Source: Andalucia godoyi And28 (taxonomy: Eukaryota > Protista > Jakobida). Taken from it: 64,000 bases of DNA. The notes under the pieces were generated by a model that worked only from the letters and a program-made list of their open reading frames with translations, made no database searches and had not been told where the DNA came from. Position 1 is the stretch's first letter. Every line of letters starts with the position of its first letter. This document shows, piece after piece, positions 40,145-50,517 of this stretch. The stretch lies in NCBI GenBank assembly GCA_009859145.1, contig VRVR01000030.1:53097-117096 (forward strand), in the 5' to 3' direction. The position numbers and the translations under genes were made by a program.

Positions 40145-42238
40145 TCAGCGAGTTGGTTGATCAGAGGGACGCGGCATTCTGATGCGGACAACAAACAGCC
40201 GAATGAGAACAAGAGAAACCACAATCAGCGAGTAGTCCAGGAATGACAGATGTGAGAACACCGCGCCCCAGGCAGACAACTTGTCCCAATTGACGGAAAA
40301 CCACTTTCGGCTCTGCGAAGACGCAGGACCGGCGGACAACGCGCCGGGAACGGTACCAGATTCTGTGGCAGCCGGGCGCGCGGGATCGGCATGTTTTGGA
40401 GAAGGAGAAGACGACGGTGAGGCAGACGAAGACGGAGATGAAGAACCATAGAACCAGGAAACCCACGGGTCCAGTGCTTGTCTCCAAGACATCTTCCACA
40501 GAGCGAGCCGAACAGGGAGGTACGCCTTGTCTGAAGATTGGACCGCAAGGTCGTAGAACCGTTTTGCCAAGTGGTAATCCTGCGGAAGGCCCAGCGCATT
40601 CTCGTGCATGTATCCAAGGTTGAAGAGGGCTTGGGCATTGTGCATGTCGGCCGCTTTTCTGTAATAAAACACTGCCTGGTCCATGTTGGAATGGTCATAG
40701 TAGAAAATATCCCCCATCTTCACCAGCGAATCGACATTTCCCAAACGTGCTGATCGCTTGTACCAATGCTCTCGTTTTCTGCGGATCGCGCGTTGAAATC
40801 TCTGTTCGTCCTTCTCAGCACGCATTTGCTCTTCTGGTGTCAAATGCGCGGAAAGCACATCCATTGGCCCGTCATCTGTCGATCGCATAATTTCCGTGCC
40901 GAGACCGCGTTCGTACATAAACGCCGCATTTGACTGGGCAACCTCGAACCCCAGTTCAGCGGCCTTTTCATACAGCAAAAGCGCGTCTTCAAAGTCACCG
41001 TCCGTGAACTTTTCAAAAGCATCCTCTACAAGTTTCCCCAACGAGCCTTTGTCAACAACACGTGAAAAGTACTGCACGGAACGCTCGCAGTCCAGCGCGA
41101 CCCCCGATCCACGCAAATGGAGAACACCAAGCTGATATATGGCAGATGGTTGCCCTTGCTCTGCCGCAAGAATGTACTGTCGGATCGCAGCCTGGAGATC
41201 CTTCTCGACGCCTTCACCGTTATGGTACAAGAAACCGAGGTTATATTGTGAATCTGCATAACCTTTTTGTGCGGCGATTCCAAAGAGCCTTGCAGCTTCC
41301 TTGGGATCCTTCTTCACCCCAACACCATACAGATACATGTACCCGAGTCCGTTGTAGGCAGCGGGATGGCCAAGCTTGGCAGATCGCTCAAAGTACTCCC
41401 TCGCTGTGTTGTTGTTCGCAGGAACTCCTAATCCGGAAATATACATGTGTCCCATCATTGCCAATGCCGCAGGATCCTCTCTTTCCGCAGCCCGTTGGAA
41501 ATACTCGGCCGCCCGTTGCGGGTGGTCATGCAGGTGCTGGTATCCCGTGTAGCGCATCGCATCCACATTCCCATGATCTGCAGCCTGTTCATAGAACGAC
41601 ACAACCTCCGGCTCGATGCTCTTCTGCGCAAGCACATGCTCATCTGTCAGCGAAATGAACTCCGCGGGTTTGAGATTGGGAATCTCGACAATGGCATGAT
41701 CGGCAACCATCAAATAATATTCCGCAGACGACGAGCATGACTTTGGAACTCCATACCCGTACCGATACCTATACGCCAGTGCCAACTGCGCTTCATGAGA
41801 CCCGCCCATCGCAGCAAAGTAGTAGTATGTGATTGCCTTCGCGTCGTCTTGGTTCGTTCCATGCGCAAGCGCATTGGCCATCGCAACCTCCATCATTCCG
41901 TTGGCAGAACCAAGATCGGCAGCTTGTTGGAAAAGCCGGTGTGCAAAAGAAAGGTTCCTGGGCCCGATTTCCGCTGCCTCGTGCATGTATCCAAGCTGCA
42001 ACAGCGCATCTGCGATCCCTGCGCTTGCCGACTGTTGGAAGTATTCCGCCGCTACTTTCGCATTTCGTGGATGCTCATTGTCTCCAAATCGATACAGCAT
42101 CCCAAGATCATACAGTTCAGACCCAGACACAACGGACTCTTCCGCAGCCACACTACACACCACCGCATTCAACCAAACGACGCTCAATATCAAACAACTC
42201 GATACAATCACAAATACCCTGAGCTGAGTTTCCATCAT
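40145..42238 (-). CDS. SEL1L: SEL1L/Hrd3 ERAD adaptor (Sel1-like repeats, signal peptide, C-terminal TM)
   Basis: Signal peptide; YYYFAAMGGSHEAQLALAYRYRYGYGVPKSC; many Sel1 repeats (AYNGLGYMYLYGVGV, QYNLGFLYHNGEGV); AAELGFEVAQSNAAF; QALFNLGYMHENALGLPQDYHLAKRFYDLA; C-terminal TM. Confidence 0.92.
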   Translation of the reverse strand: MMETQLRVFVIVSSCLILSVVWLNAVVCSVAAEESVVSGSELYDLGMLYRFGDNEHPRNAKVAAEYFQQSASAGIADALLQLGYMHEAAEIGPRNLSFAHRLFQQAADLGSANGMMEVAMANALAHGTNQDDAKAITYYYFAAMGGSHEAQLALAYRYRYGYGVPKSCSSSAEYYLMVADHAIVEIPNLKPAEFISLTDEHVLAQKSIEPEVVSFYEQAADHGNVDAMRYTGYQHLHDHPQRAAEYFQRAAEREDPAALAMMGHMYISGLGVPANNNTAREYFERSAKLGHPAAYNGLGYMYLYGVGVKKDPKEAARLFGIAAQKGYADSQYNLGFLYHNGEGVEKDLQAAIRQYILAAEQGQPSAIYQLGVLHLRGSGVALDCERSVQYFSRVVDKGSLGKLVEDAFEKFTDGDFEDALLLYEKAAELGFEVAQSNAAFMYERGLGTEIMRSTDDGPMDVLSAHLTPEEQMRAEKDEQRFQRAIRRKREHWYKRSARLGNVDSLVKMGDIFYYDHSNMDQAVFYYRKAADMHNAQALFNLGYMHENALGLPQDYHLAKRFYDLAVQSSDKAYLPVRLALWKMSWRQALDPWVSWFYGSSSPSSSASPSSSPSPKHADPARPAATESGTVPGALSAGPASSQSRKWFSVNWDKLSAWGAVFSHLSFLDYSLIVVSLVLIRLFVVRIRMPRPSDQPTR

Positions 42239-42804
42239 TATCTCTGATAAAGCTTAAAAAGTAGGGAAACCCTCCAGACGCGACAACACGAGAGAAGCCT
42301 ACGTGGAAACGTATGAGTGAGTGAGAGTGAGAGTGAGAGAGTGTGTGAGAGAGAGAGAAGGAAAGGGAAGAAAAGGAAAAACAAAAATACATAAATACAT
42401 AAATAATCGGGTCGAAAAACGACAGTCTCTGAACGAGGTTGAAGCTTTCCTCGGAGACACGTCCTCTGTCGGATTCTTCACCTCGATTTTTGGGCTCAAT
42501 TGCCACGTGTGGTCCAAGTGCTTACGGCACGTGATGTCATACCCAATTCTTCTTCTTCATTAAGGTCGTGCATAGCTTTGCATTTGAACTTTCCTCTTCT
42601 CCTTTTCGGATTTCTTTTCTTTAATTACTATTTTTTATTTTTATTTAAAGAACCATCCTTCCCCGTGTTTTATTTTTTTTTAAGTTTTTTGGGGGGCTTC
42701 ATAATCCACACAGCGTGTTCTTGGATATATATACATACGCATACATTAGCATTTTTTCTATTTCTTCTTGTAATAATAATAATAATTTTTTGATTCGCGA
42801 AAGG
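42239..42804. promoter_or_regulatory. Putative bidirectional promoter between SEL1L and HRD1 with CACGTG/ACGT motifs
   Basis: 566 bp between divergent start codons; CACGTG at 42504-42509 and 42528-42533, ACGTGG at 42301-42306. Confidence 0.5.
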
Positions 42805-44592
42805 ATGTCGATTGCGGGATTAAAGTTTGGGTTCTATTCGTACCTCCTGGTGTCGTTGGCCGCGGCTGGCATATTTATCCACAGAGCGTTTGTTGAGAAT
42901 GTGCAGTATTTTCCTGCGATGATTTATCTTTTGAATTCAAAGACGTCTCTGGCAGTGTTGGGCAATGCGGGGCTTGCGATCCTGTTCAGCATTGGGAAGC
43001 TTGGATCAAAGGTGTTCTTTGGTGCATTGAGAACCAGCGAGATGGAAACGCTCAGTGAGCAAGCCACGGTGTCGAGCATACAAACACTGCTGGCGCTGAC
43101 GATGTTTCACGAAGATTTGTCGATTCAGTTTTCAGTCCTCTTCGCATTTCTGTTCTTCTGCAAGGCGTTTTACTGGCTTGGATCAACGAGATTCAAGTAT
43201 TTGCAACAGACTCCGCAGCAACGCTTGCTTCCAGTGTACAAGGTTGGATCGCTGTTCTTGTTGCTGACTCTCACGGCCACGTATTTCTCGTTCAAGTGCA
43301 CGCAGTCCATATACGAATCATACATGCTGTTGTTCGTGACGGAGTGGCTTATTCTGGCAATCCGAAATGCTACACTGTTCGTCAATTTTGTAGTGTATGC
43401 AAAACAGATCCAGGTTGACGGTACATGGGAGAGGACAGGAACCTTTTTGTTTTATGTCGAGCTTGTGTCGGATTTGCTGCAGTTTGCTGTGTTCACGATC
43501 TTCTTTGTTTTGTTCACTGTCTTGTACGGATTCCCAATCTACTTTCTGCGCGATGTCTTTGCCAGTTTGAAGCGTTTTCAACAACGCATTGACGATATTG
43601 TGCGATACCGCCGTATTTCGGCAAACATTGATCAGTGGTTCCCAACGGTCAACATGATTGATCTGCCAAACGCGGATCATACATGCGTTGTGTGCCGCGA
43701 GGACATGGTGGAGGCAAAGCAGCTACGATGTGGCCACTGCTTCCACCGTCACTGCTTGCTCACTTGGGCGCAGCAAAACAATTCGTGTCCGCTGTGCCGC
43801 TCGAGCATTCTGCAGAGTGGCATGAATATCAATCAGAATCCAGATGCGGGTGTACAACATCGTCCAGGAGCAGAACGGCCCAATCGTGGCATCAATAGAC
43901 CAGCTCAGAACGCAAATGTTCCTAGAAACTTTGGTCAACCTGTTCCATTCGGATTTGCACGACAAGCCCCCCAGCAGCCGCGACCTGCTGCGCCAAGCAC
44001 GCCGTCGTCTGCTCAAACTCCCATGCAACCATCCGCTTCTGACACACCTGCTACTCCTCAGCAGCCGAACTTGGCAGAGGCTCGCCGCATTTTGCTTCAC
44101 CGGTTGAGGTCCATGCAGGACCAGTTGGCGCCATTGATGGAGCTGCCACCGGTCGATGCCTCGGTGACTGGAACCGTCGAAATCCCACGTGCCACGTTGA
44201 CTGCACTAGCAGCTCATGTTTCACATATTCATGCGCATGCTAACGCTGTCGAATCATTATTGCTCGAATTCCTTGCTGGGGATCGAGCGGCATCCAACGC
44301 GTCCATAGAAGGAGATGCGGTTGCAACACAGTCGCCATCCTCGATTGCAGATGCCTCAACATCGAGTGCAAAACACGACGCTCCAGCTGCTGCTGCTGCT
44401 GCTGCTGCTGCTTCTTCTTCCGCACCGATCTCTTCCCAATTCCCCGAGGCTACCCGGCTATCTTCTTCGGCATCTTCGGCATCTTCTCCACGGCCAAGAA
44501 TTCCAGAGGAAGAGGAGAATCCGAATTCTCCGGCAGCAATCATGCGACGAAGGAGGCTGGCACAATTTTCTCGGCAGGATCAAGCCCAGTAA
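42805..44592 (+). CDS. HRD1: HRD1/synoviolin ERAD E3 ubiquitin ligase (multi-TM + RING-H2)
   Basis: QYFPAMIYL, FFGALRTSEMETL, LLFCKAFYWL, FYVELVSDL, YGFPIYFLRD, CVVCRE...CGHCFHRHCLLTWAQQNNSCPLCR, C-terminal RRRRLAQF (p97-binding-like); ATG at 42805. Confidence 0.92.
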   Translation: MSIAGLKFGFYSYLLVSLAAAGIFIHRAFVENVQYFPAMIYLLNSKTSLAVLGNAGLAILFSIGKLGSKVFFGALRTSEMETLSEQATVSSIQTLLALTMFHEDLSIQFSVLFAFLFFCKAFYWLGSTRFKYLQQTPQQRLLPVYKVGSLFLLLTLTATYFSFKCTQSIYESYMLLFVTEWLILAIRNATLFVNFVVYAKQIQVDGTWERTGTFLFYVELVSDLLQFAVFTIFFVLFTVLYGFPIYFLRDVFASLKRFQQRIDDIVRYRRISANIDQWFPTVNMIDLPNADHTCVVCREDMVEAKQLRCGHCFHRHCLLTWAQQNNSCPLCRSSILQSGMNINQNPDAGVQHRPGAERPNRGINRPAQNANVPRNFGQPVPFGFARQAPQQPRPAAPSTPSSAQTPMQPSASDTPATPQQPNLAEARRILLHRLRSMQDQLAPLMELPPVDASVTGTVEIPRATLTALAAHVSHIHAHANAVESLLLEFLAGDRAASNASIEGDAVATQSPSSIADASTSSAKHDAPAAAAAAAAASSSAPISSQFPEATRLSSSASSASSPRPRIPEEEENPNSPAAIMRRRRLAQFSRQDQAQ

Positions 44593-44671
44593 GCATGTGC
44601 GTTGATCGTTTGCTTGTTTGTTTGTTGGACGTTATTTTTATTTTCTTTTTCTTTTCTCTTCAAGGAAGCGT

Positions 44672-46165
44672 TTATCCTCCGTTGACAAAGGTGTTAATCA
44701 AATTGTACAAAGCCATAATAATTGTCAAGACGGACCAGATGAGAATAAAGTATATCCAGTTGACGCTGCGGAACGGCGAAGAAAACGGACCACGTGCTCC
44801 AGGCAAGGATGTCCGCACCATTTTGCGAGAGAAGAAGACGAACAATGCTGGAAGCACGTACTGAATGCCAACCCCTGCAAAGGACCCAGTAATGTTGACA
44901 AGCAGACCAACAGACTGAGTTCCGAACGCAATCAAGATCGGAGGTGTGGCGCAGACGGCTGCAAACACACCCTTCCACTTCTGCTGCTTTTGTGGATTTC
45001 CGGGAAACACGAGTTCGGCCACGTTGTTTCTCAGCGTGATGCAGATCAGTGGGAAGTTCGTGGTCAAAGTAAAGCACGGGAACAGAGCCAGAAAATGCGC
45101 AATTTCTGTGTTTTGATACGATGAAAAATTCAAAGTGTAGAGTTGCTGCAGCTTGCACGGTTCTCCCGGTGAGTTCCCACACGTACTCTTCTTTTCCGAT
45201 GCAAACGCATACACCGCCGAAAAGCAAAGCATAATGTAGGAGACATAAACCAGCATAAAGTCCCCCAGGAACATTCTGAAGATTCCCTTCTTTTGTCGAA
45301 TGGGATCGACAATTGCAGGCAAGGAGTGGTGACACATGAATGCATACACGGCGACTCCGTACAGCTTTGGGATACCAGAAAAGTCAAAGTACGGCACGTC
45401 TTCTCTGGATGCGCCATTTCCCTCTCCGATCCTGATAAACGCAAGGATGATCATCGCCAGAAACGCCACGTTCCGGATTCCAAGAGTGGCCAGCTGCAGG
45501 AACTTGGAAGACTGCATGTCAAAGAACGTGAACGGCACCGTCACCAACGAGAACAAAAACAAGTAGAATCGGTACGTATTGATCTCTGACCAATCTGAAA
45601 TCGGACCTGTGACGCGCTGCAGTGACAGAGGAACGGAGACTGCGTAGATTGCCAAATCCCCAAAGAGATATACAATCAGCACAACGTAGAAGAACACTTG
45701 GCCCTTTCGCCCAAGAAAATTCACTGCCATTTTCACCATTTCAAATCGAGTCGAAATGTCAAAGGGGGACCCAGACGATTTGCTGAGCGCATCCTCGGAA
45801 CTGACGGAAACCGCACTTGCACCGGCACCGGCATCGAGTCTCGACGGTGTCTCTAACGGTGGAGGAGAGTCATGCCTGTGGTCGCCCAACAATGGGGTTT
45901 CCGACGTTTGGCTCTGACCTTCCGAGTTAATAAGCAACGCATTCGCGTGTTTAAGCGCATTTGCATTCGACATGCTTTCAATCACAAACGTAACCGTCAT
46001 GAACGCCAGTGCAGCGAGAAGCAGAAGAACCATTGCACCAAGTATAACTCCTGTGTAATACACATTCAGCGGAAGAGCCAGCGCTCCCATTCCAACGATC
46101 AAATTGAACACGTACACAAACCCAACTATCTTGTTGTACGATCCAAACACCGATCCACCAGCCAT
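44672..46165 (-). CDS. TMEM104: TMEM104-like amino-acid transporter (AAAP family)
   Basis: YVFNLIVGMGALALP, YLFGDLAIYAVSVP, YAFMCHHSLP, LFPCFTLTTNFPLICITLRNN; about 11 TM segments; ATG at 46165. Confidence 0.82.
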   Translation of the reverse strand: MAGGSVFGSYNKIVGFVYVFNLIVGMGALALPLNVYYTGVILGAMVLLLLAALAFMTVTFVIESMSNANALKHANALLINSEGQSQTSETPLLGDHRHDSPPPLETPSRLDAGAGASAVSVSSEDALSKSSGSPFDISTRFEMVKMAVNFLGRKGQVFFYVVLIVYLFGDLAIYAVSVPLSLQRVTGPISDWSEINTYRFYLFLFSLVTVPFTFFDMQSSKFLQLATLGIRNVAFLAMIILAFIRIGEGNGASREDVPYFDFSGIPKLYGVAVYAFMCHHSLPAIVDPIRQKKGIFRMFLGDFMLVYVSYIMLCFSAVYAFASEKKSTCGNSPGEPCKLQQLYTLNFSSYQNTEIAHFLALFPCFTLTTNFPLICITLRNNVAELVFPGNPQKQQKWKGVFAAVCATPPILIAFGTQSVGLLVNITGSFAGVGIQYVLPALFVFFSRKMVRTSLPGARGPFSSPFRSVNWIYFILIWSVLTIIMALYNLINTFVNGG

Positions 46166-46508
46166 TTTTCCTTTTAGTCTGTCTGTCTCCCACTGTATCC
46201 CTGTCGATTGCGGCACGCTGTTGGAGATATTGAAACCCAGATGGAACGACAGAGTTGTGCTCAAACAAACCAACCAACAAAAGAAAGGAAGCAACAGACC
46301 AGAGAAGAAAGAAAGACAACACGCAGTGTATCGCGGACGTCGCATTGTCGGGGATTTCGGATGTTTTGAAATGCCCGAACAAATTCCCGATTGATTGTCA
46401 GAAGCAGCTTTTGAAGCTTCTTGGGTCCCTTTTTGCGTATTTTTCGGGCGACCTGAGAACGGGCAAAGAAGGACGAAAGACAGAAAGAATCGGTAAGAGG
46501 GCGTCGAT

Positions 46509-47179
46509 ATGCATCAAGCACTAAGAATTGGAAGGCTTTCCATCGAGTCTACGGCGTTGTTTGTCTGTGATGTGCAAGAGCGGTTTCGACCGTTGATCCA
46601 CAACTTCGCATCCGTCGTGTACGTGTCATCGCAAATGCTGCAGGTTGCCAAGGTGTTTGGCATGCCGGTGTTCGTCACGGAGCAAAACACAAGTATGCAT
46701 TATTTTATCGCTTTGCTTGTTTTGAACATTTTTGGTGGATGAAAGCGGTTTACTGACCCACTGAGGTACGATAAGAGGCTCTTGGAAAGACTGTGGATGA
46801 ACTCAAGCCGCATGTTCCCGAGAATGCAACGTTTGAAAAGATGAAGTTCAGTATGTTGACCGATGAACTGAATGTGTCGCTGCAGTCCCTTCCAGATATC
46901 AAGTCTGTCATTTTGAATGGGATCGAAGCACACGTCTGTGTGCAGCAGACCGCTCTGGACTTGCTTGCTGAAGGCTATGATGTGCACTTGCTTGTCGACG
47001 GTGTTTCTGCACAGCGACCGACTGACCGATTGGTTGCACTGGAGCGTCTTCGAACGGCAGGATGCTATCTCACCACCTGTGAATCCGCTATCTACGAACT
47101 GATGAAGACTGCTCGACACGAGAAGTTCAAATCCGTGTTGGAAATCGTCAAGAACAAACGACCGGAAGCCGCGCTCTGA
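46509..47179 (+). CDS. Isochorismatase-domain protein (ISOC1/2-like); exons 46509-46692 and 46776-47179
   Basis: LFVCDVQERF, VTEQN|KALGKTV, FEKMKFSM, GIEAHVCVQQTALDLL; phase-1 intron GTATGC...TACTGAC...AAG restores the frame. Confidence 0.88.
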
Positions 47180-48031
47180 GGGACGCTGCGCGCTGTCATA
47201 AAGAATGATTAAACACTCGAGCTTGACGATCTTCTTTCTTCGTTACGATCCGTTCGTCGCTGAATCGTTGTCGTTGCCTGCTCTTCTGGTGGTCTTCCCC
47301 CTCGAGAACAAAATTGTCCCTGCGAACGGTGAACGGCAAGTGGTCTGAGCAAACGCATCAATATATGCAGATTGTAGAACTCTTCACTGTTGTTCCCAGT
47401 TTCCTCATCTGCATTTCTTTGTGCCTTTTTTGCAGGACAGTTTGTTTCGCAGGAGGACCAGGAAGAACAAGTACGTACATATTTAAATATATACATACGC
47501 CTACGCTATACACTGAACATGCATATCTACGAAGATGCATGCATATTCAATCTTGCATCCCGTTGCCGAGCAGGGGATAGGCCCCAGCACGCCTCACGGC
47601 GCTCTTCAGATAGATGTTCCGCGCTCCGTCCCCAATCTCGATCCATCGGTGAGCCACTTTCTCAGCGTGACACGTTGTTTCTGAGAAGGGTGCATTTTTT
47701 GATTCTGACGGCCCTAGCAGCAGGCGCTTTCGTGTCCTCAGTTGCAGCGATTGATGCACCTGGAGATACGAGAGGAAGAGGCGGTCTCTTAGGAGATATG
47801 CGGGACGTAGGCGGCCGTGTATCGAGCGGCGTAGGCGTAGGCGAAGCGTCATCCCAGCGCACTCACGCCCATTTTTGAATAAAAAAGCGAAACCAACGAA
47901 TGATAGAATAGATAGCTATGCATGGCAATGACGCGTCATTATTCAACGGTGCGGTACCTTAATTACGCCGTGTCCAACATTCGTTTTCAGGTGGTTCGGA
48001 AGGCGCCGTGGGCTGAACCTGGTTTGTCTGT

Positions 48032-48324
48032 TTGGCTGCTGAACCCGAGTTGGACGGCATCATCGACGGAGATGAGGTGGTGATTGTTGCGAGGAAAATC
48101 AAGATGCAAGTAGATTACCCACTGGATCGGCCATGCAAGTTTGCGGTTGCTCCCCCAAACGGGGCTTCTCATTTCACTCGACGCCGCACGCAGAATACAC
48201 ATGGAGCCGCAACGCAACTGCTGGCAAGTACGACATATGGGGTCATTCATTAACTGGCCTTTGTTTCGGTGGCGTGAATTGGGACCCTGAGTATCAAAAG
48301 TACACTCTGCTGGTGGACTCGTAG
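48032..48324 (+). pseudogene. Frameshifted fragment of an uncharacterised 'DYPL...GxYxIWGH' protein family
   Basis: One frame gives VDYPLDRPCKFAVAPPNGASHFTRR, the next gives NATAGKYDIWGHSLTGLCFGGVNWDPEYQKYTLLVDS*; the two halves match a remembered family pattern but are out of frame and too close together. Confidence 0.4.
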
Positions 48325-48420
48325 CAAAGATCATGCACCGGTTAAACACGACACAGCACGAGGCTGGAGCACCAAGAAGAAAAAAAGAAGATGAATTGTT
48401 TTAATTAAGAAAACTAAAAA

Positions 48421-50154
48421 TTAATACAGATGGTCTCGATCACGCAGCCGTGAAAGATCCACATGGACGACGATTTGCGATGCGGGCTTGCGCTCTTTTC
48501 CCAGACCAACACCCATGACCTTTGCGACTGCATCGGACACCTCCCCGAGGTTGAAAGCGTTTCCCTTCTCCTGTCGAGCTTTCAGCAGCACTGCACCGAC
48601 TCCGCTTTGTGCCGCAGCGATATTCGACGACGTGATGGCAATGGAGGAAAGGTTTCTCGACTGGCCATCCTGACGTGTTTTCAATGCCTGTGCGATTCTC
48701 TCAATGTAGTGATCGAGCTCCGCAACCTTGGCCTTGTCCCCCAGCTCCATGGCAATGTTGCGCTCTCTTTCACGCTTCAACTTTTCCGCGGCAAAGTTCT
48801 TCACTTCGTCCAGCGTCTTCGTGTACAGTGATTCTGGCTGATTCGACTTTTGCTCCACTTCATGGGTAGGTACTTCTTTGCGCTGGGCCATCTTTCTGCG
48901 GATGAACGCCTGTGTCGGAGCGACATGTCCTGCCTTCTCTTCTTCTTGCTTGAAATATTTGAGTTCGGCGGACTGAACAGGCGAATTGGAGACCTGATCA
49001 AGGCGCAGCCGAGTCTTCCGTTGCCCAATCTCGACATTCAGAAATTTGTCTGACACCGTCGATTTCCGGTCGTCAAGAACGATGACGTACTCTTCGCCGC
49101 GCTCCACAGACAGAATCCGACCGAACCCATAGATGCGGCGATCGTTTTTCAGGAAGTCTGCAAACCGCACAAAGAAGCCCGGCAGGAACTCCGAGTCTTC
49201 GAAAAACGTCGAGTTTTGCCATTGAAGCAGATCCTTTCGGATAAGCTGCAGATTCTGTGCATCTTCTTGCAAGAACACATTCACGTACTTTTCTTCGGCA
49301 TCCAGCAACGAGGAGTCCACATGCCGAACTTTCTTTCGGTATCCAGCCTCTTCATCGTCCTCTTCATCGTCCTCCTCTTCCTCACTTTCATTATCCAGTT
49401 CATACTCGTGCTTCTGTCTCTGCCGCTTCTTTCTGTCGACATACTCTTGCAAATCCTCATCATCGTCAATATCCAGAGACCGTTTCTTGGACGCCTTCCC
49501 GCCCTTTGCAGGCCCCCCTTTCTTCTTACTGCTCTTCTTTCCATACTCCTCCTCTTCATAATCGTCATCATCCTGGTCATCTGCACCACCACCCTCATCT
49601 GCAGAGTCGCCAAACTCCTCGTCCTCCGCATCCTCCACTTCCTCCTCATCAACAATCTTCTTCTTCCGCTGCGCTGTTTTTCCACTCTTCTTCTTTGCCG
49701 ACGCAGTCTTGTCATCTGTCGGTGGCGCCTCCAATCCCAGTTCCTTTCGCTTCTTCTCAATGTACCCTTTCTTATCCGCAATGTACTCATACATATCGTT
49801 CCTGCGCTTCTCATTCACCTGCTCAAATCGCTCGTACACCGCAAACTCCCTCTCCAGCGCACTCAGCGCCATCGTCTTTGCATACTCTTCAGGATTCGGG
49901 AAAAGCTCACTGACATCAGGTCTGCTGTCTGGATCATATGGCTCAGGAGGAACCAACTCCGAGTCCGGCACATACCGCTTCTCAACTCCGCCTTCTGTCT
50001 TCTCGCTTTTCTTTGATCGCTTCGGCGCACGTGGTGCCTTCGCCTTCTTTTCCTCAGACGGCTCATCAGGAACATTCTGAAGCCCAGAGAAGAAATCATC
50101 GTCTTCATCAAGCACATCCGTGTCCGACGCAGGACGCTTTCGAGACTGAGACAT
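48421..50154 (-). CDS. RTF1: RTF1 (PAF1 complex, Plus3 domain)
   Basis: MALSALEREFAVYER (N-terminal motif), acidic/basic linker, Plus3-like LIRKDLLQW...GFFVRF...IYGFGRI...FLNVEIG...RLRLDQVSNS; ATG at 50154. Confidence 0.8.
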   Translation of the reverse strand: MSQSRKRPASDTDVLDEDDDFFSGLQNVPDEPSEEKKAKAPRAPKRSKKSEKTEGGVEKRYVPDSELVPPEPYDPDSRPDVSELFPNPEEYAKTMALSALEREFAVYERFEQVNEKRRNDMYEYIADKKGYIEKKRKELGLEAPPTDDKTASAKKKSGKTAQRKKKIVDEEEVEDAEDEEFGDSADEGGGADDQDDDDYEEEEYGKKSSKKKGGPAKGGKASKKRSLDIDDDEDLQEYVDRKKRQRQKHEYELDNESEEEEDDEEDDEEAGYRKKVRHVDSSLLDAEEKYVNVFLQEDAQNLQLIRKDLLQWQNSTFFEDSEFLPGFFVRFADFLKNDRRIYGFGRILSVERGEEYVIVLDDRKSTVSDKFLNVEIGQRKTRLRLDQVSNSPVQSAELKYFKQEEEKAGHVAPTQAFIRRKMAQRKEVPTHEVEQKSNQPESLYTKTLDEVKNFAAEKLKRERERNIAMELGDKAKVAELDHYIERIAQALKTRQDGQSRNLSSIAITSSNIAAAQSGVGAVLLKARQEKGNAFNLGEVSDAVAKVMGVGLGKERKPASQIVVHVDLSRLRDRDHLY

Positions 50155-50517
50155 CTTTTTGCCCTTTTTTCCCCTCTCCCTTCTATCTCTTTTTTTTTTA
50201 GTATCCGATGTCTTTTTTCTTCTTCTTTCGCCTCTCGTTTCTGTTCTCTTCCGGACAACAAACAACAACAAGAAAATAAAGCAGTATGAACAATGAAACG
50301 AAAGGAAGGGTGCTGTTTACGTTTTGGTTTTCTTGATGAAAGCTTTTGGAAGCCGAGAGCAAGGATCAATTGACGCTGCAGGTGTTTTTCGCATTTTCGA
50401 GAGCCTTTCAAGCAAATGGCAGTTTGGGGACGCGTTTTTTGGATGTTTTTCATCGATTGCTTCTTCTTTGCTGAGGATGATTTCGATTCCAAGCAAGATC
50501 GAACACGAAGAAAAAAT

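Noticed and set aside
47540-47876. Possible small spliced gene on the minus strand (ATGGGC|GTGAGT...CTCCAG)
   Set aside because: Plausible splice signals, but none of the resulting peptides is recognisable.
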